From Styela clava (Eukaryota): a stretch of DNA of 64,000 nucleotides. Position numbers and translations under genes: made by a program. Below, piece after piece: positions 27,001-37,900 of this stretch; the first letter of the stretch is position 1; every line of letters starts with the position of its first letter. A model generated the notes under the pieces. The model was not told the DNA's origin. It saw only the letters and a list, made by a program, of their open reading frames with translations, and searched no databases. The DNA lies in assembly GCF_964204865.1 (NCBI RefSeq), contig NC_135256.1:9858001-9922000 (forward strand), in the 5' to 3' direction.

Positions 27001-28070
27001 TGCAAGTTAAATTTTGATCGAGTTTCAACAAATAGTAGGAATTTGTTACATAATGGCAGAGCTCATTATTTTCGAAAAATACAATAATATGAGATATGGA
27101 TACTTCTTTGATTAGGAATGGATTTTCTTTAAACAGCTTCTAGTTCTAGTTCAAAAAATTTTTTCTATTGTGAGGTGCTTTCACAATTTCAGTGTCTTGT
27201 TTGGATTCGAGGCCTGTAAAAATCTGGCAGACGTTAAATTGTATCAGCGCCCTACTCCTTTCTCTAGTTCAAGAATTAGAGACATAAAAATTTAATTCAA
27301 CGTCACGAATCGCTACTTTATTATAGCAAAAGTTACTAATAACCCAATGTTTTGCAGCTTTGTACGGCGTACTTTTCTTTGACCGACAAGAAGAAAGTTT
27401 TTCAAACTATAAGTTATGGGAATCCATAGGATTTGTTGTTGCGTTCGCTTACCAAAGTTACGTTTGTGTCTACGTCAAATTATACGTACTTCTCAGTTTT
27501 CTAATTGTTGGAATGAGCTTGTATCTTGCTGTAGAGGTTAGTATCACATTGAATTCTTTTTACGTTCTCTGCATATTCTTTCACCCCACATAGATCAATC
27601 CAAAGTGAACACTGACCTACATTCGCTTTTCTAGCCAGTATTTGCTAATTGTTTCGCAACTTTGTTCCAAACAGATCCAGATTTGATTAGTATGACTTTA
27701 TGTTTTACATATATATACTTTGAATACAAATTGGAAACTTCTTCTTAACTAGTAGCTTTATAAAGCAATTTGATTGTATGCTAGTGCACTGTAGAAAAAT
27801 GATTGAGACAACTAGATTGTATTTATGTTTAATTAAGGTACTGATAAGTGTAGAGTAATTTTACTATAACATCAATGTGTTCCCTATACGTTTCAACCAC
27901 AATTGATGTATTATGGTGCAAGGATTATTTTAATATTCTCATTTCAGTTATTAGAAAGAAAACGGAAGATGAATCAAAAATCTGCTAATACATCAAAAGA
28001 TCATTCCGAACGAAAACAGTCATTTGACAACATACGTCACAATCCAGAAGACAATGTAACAAGTTTTTGA
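21154..28070 (+). CDS. UNC93A: UNC93A-like MFS membrane protein, paralog 2 (11 coding exons)
   Basis: Exons 21154-21245, 21431-21618, 22084-22264, 22365-22507, 25024-25110, 25641-25761, 26300-26438, 26620-26793, 26874-26967, 27358-27536, 27948-28070; same intron positions, phases and UNC-93 motifs as paralog 1; ends ...DNVTSF*. Confidence 0.93.
22828..23594. mobile_element. MITE copy 1 (TIRs TATCGTCACGCTAATAACCGA, TA-rich target) in UNC93A-2 intron 4
   Basis: Terminal inverted repeats; near-identical second copy at 53756-54586; this copy lacks ~55-60 bp inside the right TIR. Confidence 0.9.
23988..24017. repeat. (TA)n microsatellite
   Basis: About 15 TA units. Confidence 0.9.
24124..24511. 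mobile_element. Degenerate hAT-like MITE
   Basis: Left CAGAGGTTTCTAACCT and right AGGTTGAGAGCCACT are imperfect inverted termini; GCGTACCAC is repeated subterminally; no clear TSD. Confidence 0.5.
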
Positions 28071-29144
28071 ACAAAGTCCAAATTTTCTAAATCAAACTTT
28101 AGTTCATAACATTTTGTGATCTTTGTATAACTTATACTCTAAATACGCACGCTCTTGTTGAAACTATGTTTACAACAATGTAATAAGCTGAATATCCCAA
28201 TGAATCTTATTATATTCATAATGCGTCACCAGATATTATTGGGTTGCTTGCGCTGTAGCAAAAGTCCAGTCTAGTAATATATATCATCAATTGCATAACA
28301 TGTGCGCAAAAATCAGTAAATCTTCGACTGCGCAATAATTTACCAATTTATCACGTCTTCGAATTTGGAAAAACTAAAAATTGTTTTGATCTAATCAGAA
28401 GAAAAAGTTTAACCAACAGAATTTGTAACATTTTTGTCTGCTCTGGCTCTCTTTATCATTTCCCGTACTATCATGGAAAACAGCTGCATATTTGTTGCTC
28501 GATATGTACAATACTTTTTCGGTATCATACAAGGCAATTTTTCGTAATTTTCTTCGACTGCCGGATAGCACAATGTTGACTACACATTCTCAGGTGCTCA
28601 TCAACCGTTTGAAAAACAGTGTCAAAACGTGGTGAAACGGTGATAAAATCATTTGATTTGAATCACTGGTCATCACAAATGCTATTCAACTGCAGTTACA
28701 CAGCAAGAAATGTAGCAATCATTATATATACATATTACTTCAGTATCATACTATTTACAAGTCACTATTCGTCGAAGCCATGATTTGTCCCATGGGACTA
28801 TTAATTTGGTCATTATGTAGCGGTGAACAAAAGCAAGCTGCTATATATATATATATAATAGAAGCCCTGTGTCTGTCGGACTGATTTTTTATATATGTCC
28901 AAAGAAAGAGATAAAAAGAGGAGGCCCAGTTAGTAACATTAAGGCGGTGTTCGGTTAGTAGACGATTGGCAACTATGCCCTATGGAAAATTGTCACAAAA
29001 CAAATTCATCTTGTCAGTGATAACCAATTGTACAAGTGAAACGCGCAAGAGAAAGATAGAAAGCGAGCGGGACTTGGCGAGCGCAGTAGGCTATCTACCT
29101 ATTCCATCCGATTACTATATCGAGTAAACGGAATCGCAATGTAC

Positions 29145-30184
29145 CAGGGTTGCCAACTGTTCAGCGATAAAATAATCTAGAATCTCAACAACAAAAAATC
29201 TAAAATAATTTAAATTTAAAAAATTATAATCCAAATATACGAAAGTTACATTTTCAATAAAAAAAAAAAACGAAAATTTTGCCGTAAAGAATAATAATTA
29301 CTTATATCAACACGTCTTTTGGAACATAAGTAGTGTAACTGAAGTATTTATCATGAAAAGAATTGAAAGCTTGTTGCGTCCTTCCGAGTTCTCACGGAAA
29401 ATGATGTGTACCAGACGTCAGATGTTAAAATATTATTTGCAATTAATTTAGAAGAATAAAAATAACATGATCTCTTTCAACGAAATAGTAAGTATATTTG
29501 TGAGCTTTCGTTAGATCATGGACTAACTTCTTCAAAAAATACAAGATATAACTGTAAATATAAAAGATCATATAAATTTAGTCTATTATTGAGTTTCCTA
29601 TAACTGGATATATATGGATGCTATCGTATCATCTTAGAATAGCCGGTCTAACTGATTTTTGTATTATTCATAATCCATCAATATGGTGGGAGAATTCCCA
29701 AACTTAAATAACAATAAAAATAGAATATGATTCGGTATTCTGGATTCGATTAAAGTATTCTAGAATAGTAAATTATTCTATATTTCCCATCCCTACTTAT
29801 AGGGGTAAAATTAGTGAACAACAGTATTTCGTGATTTCAGATTTTCGCATAACAACAGCATTCAGTTCACGCCACTTTCAGAGTATTCAATACTGGACAT
29901 TTTTTCGGCTAACCTCTCTCCTTGTTTTGAACACTATTAATCTTGATTGGAAAACTTTTCTGTATTATATCCAGGAATCCTATCTCTTTAAATGTACTGT
30001 TAGGTACTAGTGAAACGAACTTCACTTTTTTGTCACTAAAGAACAATGCAAAATAACATTTGTCAAAATAATCTAAATGAATACTAAAATAATCCAATAA
30101 GACATCTAAATAAGTATTTCTTCCATCTAAATTATACGAAAATAATCTAAATCTAGATTAAAATAACCCAAGTTGGCAACACTG
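29145..30184. mobile_element. Non-autonomous hAT element (1040 bp)
   Basis: TIRs CAGGGTTGCCAACT / AGTTGGCAACACTG; perfect 8-bp TSD CAATGTAC (29137-29144, 30185-30192); AATCTA(A/G) subterminal repeats; no transposase ORF. Confidence 0.92.
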
Positions 30185-30610
30185 CAATGTACACCACACT
30201 AGTCTTTACTTTGCATTGTTGCGTCATAATGTGTACCTATGAGAGTTGTTTTTTGCCTGCTTCGAGGTTTTCCTTCATCTGAGGTCATAAATAACAAGAA
30301 GACAATTCTCAATATGGACAAGGAGGCCAAAACGAAAAATTTTACCCACAATTTCCGCAAAAACCATATCCTGAACGAAGCGGACTGTCCCAGGTTGCCA
30401 GTTTCAAGGTGAATTGAAGTTAGGGTTCCCAACTTAGTGCTAAACCATTCTGGGACACCTTAATGTCTAGAATTTGCAAATTGATGCAACACGAAAGACA
30501 TTAAAAGCAACAGCGGTTCAAAAAAGCGAAAACGAGGTAATGTTTACGGCCACGCCTAAAGATCTGTCTGAGTGAAAAAAGTGTCTGAGCGGATGCGAAA
30601 AGGGAGCATT

Positions 30611-30646
30611 GTTACGTCACTTTTTGGATCTTGCTGATTGGCCAAT
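30611..30646. promoter_or_regulatory. Candidate promoter: CRE-like TTACGTCA plus palindromic double CCAAT box ATTGGCCAAT
   Basis: Motifs at 30612-30619 and 30637-30646 in a relatively CpG-rich patch; no protein-coding gene identified nearby. Confidence 0.35.
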
Positions 30647-32474
30647 GAGACGAAGTAAACGAGGAAGTCGATGCTCGTAGAAAGGTCCAATAAGGGACAT
30701 TCATAACCTTTGACCTGTTGCGATTTGATGCAAAAAGAGGTGACGACTGCTTTTTCTTGTTGAAGGCCGACGCGACTAGGTCTGTCTTGCATTGTTTCTT
30801 ATGAATACTGGAATGTCACGGTGTTTCGTAGCGGGAACTAAAAGATACTATTGGGAAAAAACTAAATGTATTCTGAGACAATATGTCATTTGAGTAAAAA
30901 ATCGTGTTGAAATGGGAGGTATGGTTGCTTATGAGTACAGGTGCCTTGGGTGCCGGTGGTAGCAGCTCAAAAAGTACCGGTATGTCAAAGTAAATGAAAG
31001 TTATCCTATTTACTTCTGCAAATGGTATGAGATAAGATTGGTTATAGCTTTGATCATTAATAATGGCATACTTATGTTGAAAAAGTATATCACATTTTTT
31101 CAGATGTTCACGATTTGAATACCGATAATTACAGCAGAACCCCTCCATGCTTGAGCTCATACAACATTCATCAATCATCATAGTTGCTGTGTAATTGTAC
31201 ATGGATCATTTGGTTGAAATACAAAACCACCTTTCTTAAGAAGACTTGTATCTGTATGCTGGGAACTTCTCATTCTCATTTATAAAAAAATTACGGACAG
31301 AAGTTTCATATGATTGAAATAGCAAGCACATCACTAAAGAACACCATAAGCAGAAAATCTGTATCTGATTTCTTGGAACCTCTCAGTTCCAATTATGAAA
31401 AGTCACAATCGGCAGTTTATGGTCAAATATAGAATTTTGCTATGCTATCCTTGATCTAAATATACCCAAGCACAGATAGAAGACATCGCTTCACTCACAT
31501 ATTAGCATATAGATTACGCCGATGCCCAGTGTTTTTTTTTTCTCAGGTGCAAATGACAAAATCACTGTACTACCTTAATTTCTTATAACAATTCAGCATT
31601 TTGGGAATAGTAATCATTCTTGTTACGGGTGCCATCCCCAGGTAAGAATACACAATGGAATTTATTCAACTTGTGTGTGAGATATAACTTGTTAAAAATA
31701 TACATTTTGGCTGTCTTCAAGGTTCCAGGCAAGAGTGGATAATTGAAAGGTTGCTAGCTAATAGTTCAGTATTTTCTAGAGATTTTACTGAACTGGTTAC
31801 GGTTCTCTCATTTTTAACATCTGTAAGAGCTTCTTTGACATCACTCAAACTCCTTGCTCAAACAATTCCAGTAGAAACACGGCAGGTAAATGCTAGTTCG
31901 GAAGTCTGTAATTGTGAACTTTGTATACCATACAGTAGACTGATTAAACCCCTTTATTGTCTCAGTATGTACTCCACAGAAGCCAGTTTTTTTAAGATAT
32001 TCTTGAATAGTTGGCTTGGTATTTCTATCAATGTACAGCAAATTTGTTGATTAGGTTTTAAGAGCTCAAGCATGAAGCATTTTTTTTCATCTGTTAGTGT
32101 TGTTGACAAATTGTAAACGTCTGAAACGAAAAGTGATATACTTACAATTTACATACTTACTCTGAAATTGTTTGTGAGCACAGTTTTTATCTAGGTATAA
32201 CGGTAGTCTGGTAGTGTTATTACTTGTAAACAACAATGAAAACTCATCGGCATATTTCTCAGTTGCATATTTTCAGTATTGGCGGGAAAATAAATTACTC
32301 ATCACATATGGAGGGAGGCCTACGGTACATGTGCACGTTATTTTTACTAAAATACCGAACGCATCTGAAAACAGTATTTCATGAATTGATTTTGACAATA
32401 TGTTCTCCGTTTAGTTATAGGGTTTCTTAAGTTTAAAAATGGTTTAATGTGAATTCATGTATGCGCATTTAGTG

Positions 32475-33332
32475 TAGGGTTGGATCATCCGGATAGCGGT
32501 TATTCGGATAACAGAGAGGTATTTTACTATCTGATATCCGGATAATATTATGACGGTTAACCGGATAATAGAGCAATATAAATAATGTATATGCGCATTA
32601 GTAATTTTTATATTTTTTGTTGAGTGGCGTCTTGACTTCTCCCAGACTCCAGAGCATATAATAACATATTTTATTCACACTACTCTGCCCATATTTTAGC
32701 CACCAATTAGGTTGAAAAGCATTGAATGTGTGGGTGTGAGTTTGTGGCTTTTTGCTCGGGTGTGGCTTTTAGTTTATTGCGTGTATTGAAGGAACGCATT
32801 TCATGATGGAACAAGCCAGGACTTAATTCCAAATACTTCGTAATCTATGTGATCTGTGTGGCATTTCTAAATTTTCGGTATACGAATGCATGTAATGTGC
32901 ATGTTTTCAACTTCCTAAATTTTCCTATTGTGCAAAATAACCAATTTGTGGCTGATTCGAGCATTTTAAAATGTCTTTCCATAATAACTCTGTTCAACGT
33001 ATCTCTCGATTGCGTCGACATACGTTAAAATTAAAGCACTTCTACTATAAAATGTCACCGCATTCTGCATACCGGTATATGAAAATACGTAGTAAGATGC
33101 ACAATTAAATTCAGTTTTTATTCGTATTTTTGCGATCTTGCGAATTTGAGCTATTCACAATAGAACTGTGTGGTGGTTTTTGGTCAATTCGCCGTGAAAA
33201 TCTTGCGAAATCGGATCTTTAAAATTAGCAGCATTTTAAACTATCCGGTTGACTGGATAGTTAAAATACGGAATACCCGGATATATCCGTTATCCAGATA
33301 ATAAAAATTCTAGGTATCCGAACTAACCCCTG
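32475..33332. mobile_element. MITE-like element with CCGGATA subterminal repeats
   Basis: TAGGGTTG... / ...AACCCCTG termini; clustered (T)CCGGATA / TATCCG(G) motifs at both ends. Confidence 0.5.
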
Positions 33333-33398
33333 CTCTTTATCGACAACTAGTGTTTATTCAGAAATACCTAGCTACTTGCTGGTGTTTTGATAATTTGA

Positions 33399-34270
33399 TT
33401 GCCCAAGGGCAAAGCGTATATATAATATAAGCGAGGCAACGCTCTGACAATGGACGCCATCTTGTGCCTATTGTTCTCGTGAATTTAACACGGCGCCTTA
33501 TGAGAAGTTCCAACACAATTATTGAAACATACCTATTATTTTCACTAATATTTTAGGTAAAATATTTTTGAAGGTCGTGTTTTGAAGTAGAATCTTAGCC
33601 GTACATGCTTATATTGTTTCATGTTGGCCAAATTACATTTATAGTACATTAAATTGTCTTTGAAGACAAGTATACCGGTTCCGAGTTGCTTCCGAAGTAA
33701 ATCGGCTATTCTAATCGTCATAATTAACCATTTGACAATGGCGTTCCTTATGACGTCACAGATGAAAAGTTGTATTTATTCGTCGAAATTACCGGCCGAA
33801 CCAGCTTTGCTTCAATGGTCGTTTCTATTTTCTGGTTAACATTTTTCGTCTGTCAAGCTCCATAATGCCCTATTGCTCAGCTGCAAGCTGCGCTAGAAGA
33901 ACAAATGACATTGTAGGATTGTTGCGGAGGCATTTTACAGCCTCAAATTGGCGTATCAGTATAAAATCTTTGAAAAAATGACCAAAAATGGTTCTACGCT
34001 GTGTTTGTGGTCAAATTTAACGCATTAGATAGTTTTTTATTCCTAATTGCGTTATATATTTAGATAGCATATATCTTAAAGTTCAAAATCCACCCTTCGG
34101 TTTCATTCTAGACCTTATAACAGCGGACTTATTCGATTCGGTACAAAAACACGACGAAAATTTCCCATAAGACTGCATTGTTTCGCGTTTCCCAAATAGG
34201 GCACAAGATGGCGTCCATGAACTTGTTTAACATTAGGCAAGTTGGTTGCCGGCCGTTGCCCAAGGGCAGC
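33399..34270. repeat. Imperfect inverted repeats ~0.75 kb apart upstream of BIN3 (foldback/MITE-like)
   Basis: ATGGACGCCATCTTGTGCC (33450-33468) and its reverse complement GGCACAAGATGGCGTCCAT (34200-34218), each with an outer TTGCCCAAGGGCA. Confidence 0.6.
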
Positions 34271-34642
34271 AAAGTGAATATAAAAGTTATAGTCACTTTG
34301 GATGGCAGTGGTTGGTGTGTTACGGTAGCGGTGCAAATGTTTTAGATTCTCTGAGATTTGTCTAAGACTTCAAGACTAATCAAGTTCCGTATTGTCACTA
34401 AAATTAAATTTGACAAAAAATCTCATCAATAGCTAAAAGAAAGTCTGAAAGTGGACGGACGTAGGCGGGTACGTGCGATTTCTGATCCAGTGATCGGTTA
34501 AACTAGTGCCAGTAGCCTAGTGTTGAAGTGTGGTGGCCGGGTGGTGTTTATAAATTCACAAATCTGTTGGCCTGCTGCTCATCTGACCAGGGCACGTCTG
34601 TGCCTGGAAATAGCAGCTGTCGCCTGGTCGTGCACCACCGAT

Positions 34643-37600
34643 ATGAGCTTGTGAGTTTTATTGCTGTATTCTGGTATTGTACCGGTACCGGTACTGTTAT
34701 TTATTTATTTTATAACAGTACCGGGTACCGTATTATTTTTGTTTATTTTCAGTCTTCTCGCAAACTTACTGGCCTCAGAAGTTGTTTAAAAATAATTATA
34801 TTTTGTACAACTAGACTACAATTGTTAGGACATTCAGACATTACCGTACCGGTACCACACCTACCAATCACCTTTTCTTGCACAACTGTCTGTATAAAAG
34901 ACCATATTATACATATTTGCTTTAATTATTGATTTATTTTTTTAATTTTAATTATTTGAAAGAGGGGGGGAGGTAAAAGAAAAACTTTTAAATACTGTGT
35001 TAAAAAATCATTTTTTGTATGTGTTTCAGAAACTGGTTTAAAGGTCGCAAAAGTCTTCCAGCGGAAAAGGACGTTGCCAGAGAATATATAAAAATACAAC
35101 AGTATGTATTTTCAAAATTGAAAATTTGTTTTTCTGCATTTGTACTATGTGCTATGTAATTCTTAATTTATAGTCCTTATAATAATTGAATGTATCACAT
35201 TCACATATGAATTTTTATTCTTGTTATATAGACTGTCCATATCTGGAGCAAGTTCAGATAAAACTATGAGATTTGATATTCATATTTTTTTCTATTTTAG
35301 CAATCCGATTTTTCGTATCTGTGTTAACTCATGTGTTTAATGCAATGTGGGATAAAATGACATATCCAGAAATTGGAATCAAAAAATCCAGTTTCAGAAG
35401 TTTTTAATAGTTGCTCAGTAGTCAAAAAGGTTATTTCATTTGATTTTCCCAGTGCAAGCTCAAACTAAAATTAAGTATTAATATGAAATATGTATTATCT
35501 GATCAATTTACAAACATACCCAATGATATCATTATGAATTATAATTACTGGTATATAAAAAATAATGCCTATTACATTCTAACAATTTGTCCATGATATA
35601 TTAGATTAAAACACATTATTTCCTTTATTCATACAGTGCGGAAGAAGCAAGTAAAAGACTCTTTAAAGATGGTAAAAAATTAGCAGACGCTACAGTTGTA
35701 GCTGGAAGAGCTGCTACAAAAGTTGGATCAGACTTTAACACATTAACAGGAGAGAATGAATGTGGTAATATTCTGAAGAAAACAATGAGTGATTGTGGAA
35801 GGATGACTCAAGATAAAGTTGGTGAATTATTTATTCTGCCAAAATGCCAAAAAAGTTAAATAACAAAACTGCCCTATGTACTACATGGGAAGCTTAAACT
35901 ATGGACAATTACAAAATAGTATACAGGGAGTCCTCGACTTACGACGTTGTTCTGTTCTCAAGACACGGTGTAACCCGAATTTTAGTGTTAGTCGGAACAT
36001 TATACTGTACAGTACATAAATTATTCTATACATATCGAACTGTATTGTAAAGTATGGTACTGTAATAAAATGTACAAATAATGCAAAAAAGTACTTTAAA
36101 AACAGAAAACAATTCCATATCACATGAATAAAAGCAAATACTGTACAGTGCAGTATTATCTTTTATATTTTTTATGGAGTGCATTCGTAACGTCAAAACA
36201 GCGTTATTGAGTGCGCGTTCGTAACCTCGAAACAGCGTAAGTCGCGACCGTCGTAACCCGAGGACTTCCTGTACATGAATTTTTGATTTTATCCCAAACA
36301 ATTTCACATGCCATTTTTCCAGATAACTGACTTGTAATATGTTAATCCATGTTTTCACTCATTAATTTCATAAAATTAGGCACCAGAAATCCCCTTAGTC
36401 TTGATGTAAGTGCTGCATGTGTTCAAAACTGTATAATACAACTGAAGGTTTTATCACTTGCGGAAAAGATGCAACTGAAAGTTATTCAATGATGCAAACA
36501 TGATTGAATTTATAAATTATGAAAATTTCAACTTAAGCTAATGCATGAATACCGGTATATTTCATTGTGTTTAACTAATCATTTATTAATATTATGCATT
36601 TTTTTAATTTCATGCTCCGATCTATCTGACTTCATACGTAGACTCCATTTTGTATTCAGAATCAGCTAATCCAGAAGACATTGGTTGATCCCATGAAGAA
36701 ATATAATTCAATTTTTCCACATCTCAACTCGCAGATAAAATCACACGAAAAGTGTCAGCAAGAATACAAAAGATTACAGGCAAAAGTTGATAAATTGAAT
36801 GAAAAGGAAGAAACTGGATCAAATTTGGTGAAAAAGCAAAATGTTAGTAGAGTTATGTTTAAGCCAAATTTCTCAACTGATCAACAAATTAATAATTGAA
36901 TTATCATTTCAAAATATTCCCTCGTATTCAAAACACTTTACACGAGTGAAGGAAGCAATTAGTAATCAATTATGGATTTAACCAACCAACAAGAAAAGTG
37001 ACAATTTACTTTCTTGAATAGAATACTAGAAATTCTTAATATTTCTGTCAGCGAATGTCCTAATGCTAACAGATACAGCAACCTATTATCAATACAAAAT
37101 AATGAAAAACATTTTAGCAGCTGTATTTCTGTTATCTTGTAAACTGTTCATCTCATATATAAAAAATTAAACATTCCGACTTTTCAATATATTGGTAGGC
37201 ACTGAGTGCATATGGTGTACATAAAACTTGTATTTTAAAGTCAAACTTTTATAACAACAAATCTCAAATAAAAATGTGGCTTGTTAGGTCATTTTCTTTG
37301 ATGTTGTGCAATACCTTACCATTACTAGAAATATATTTTGTACAAATTTTCAGTTGAAAAAAGACCTCACACCTGTAAAGGATGAATTTGAAGCAAAGCA
37401 CTCCATGCTTCTTGATGAGTTTCCTGCTTTTTATAACAGCAGATTACAGTATTTACAACCTCTGTTTGAATCTCTTGTATTGACACAGGTATAACGAGGT
37501 TTCCAATGTTTTGCAATTTACCTTACCCCTCTATATTTGTTAATGAGTATTTATTTATTTGGTTAGCAGGATCCAATGAAACTTTGAGTAACTCCGGCTC

Positions 37601-37900
37601 CATATAGCATGGTAAGCTTGGCCCCAGCTCAAACAAAATATTAAGACTTCAGCTATGCCCGTAACAGATGAAAAACGTACTCAAATACATTTTACTTCAG
37701 ATTATGGAAAAAATTCACTTCAATATGAACAAAAATATTTATGTTTACTTTTTTCTCAGTCCTGGCATCACAATGAATTGAATAAATTATTTAACACTGC
37801 ACTCAACGATCTTACAAATGGAGAACCAGAACGAGATCTGGAAGAAGACGTCAGGGAAACATTGGAGCAAATCAGAGCTTTGAGTATAACTCAAGACTGA
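34643..37900 (+). CDS. BIN3: Bridging integrator 3 (N-BAR domain), 6 coding exons
   Basis: Exons 34643-34650 (ATGAGCTT|gt), 35030-35101, 35637-35817, 36660-36842, 37354-37488, 37760-37900. Motifs IQKTLVDPMKKYNSIFP, YKRLQAKVDK, FYNSRLQYLQPLFESL, QIRALSI match human BIN3 as recalled (IQKTVIEPLKKFGSVFP, YRRLQAKVEK, FYGSRLDYFQPSFESL, ELRALSI). Confidence 0.92.
35924..36271. mobile_element. pogo/Tigger-like MITE in BIN3 intron 3
   Basis: TIRs CAGGGAGTCCTCGACTTACGAC / GTCGTAACCCGAGGACTTCCTG flanked by TA on both sides. Confidence 0.85.

Noticed and set aside
30190-30430. Telomerase RNA candidate (minus-strand AACCCTAAC template-like 9-mer near a CCAAT promoter)
   Set aside because: A 9-mer is expected by chance (similar TTAGGGTT at ~6171); no convincing pseudoknot or H/ACA domain; the region borders transposon sequence.
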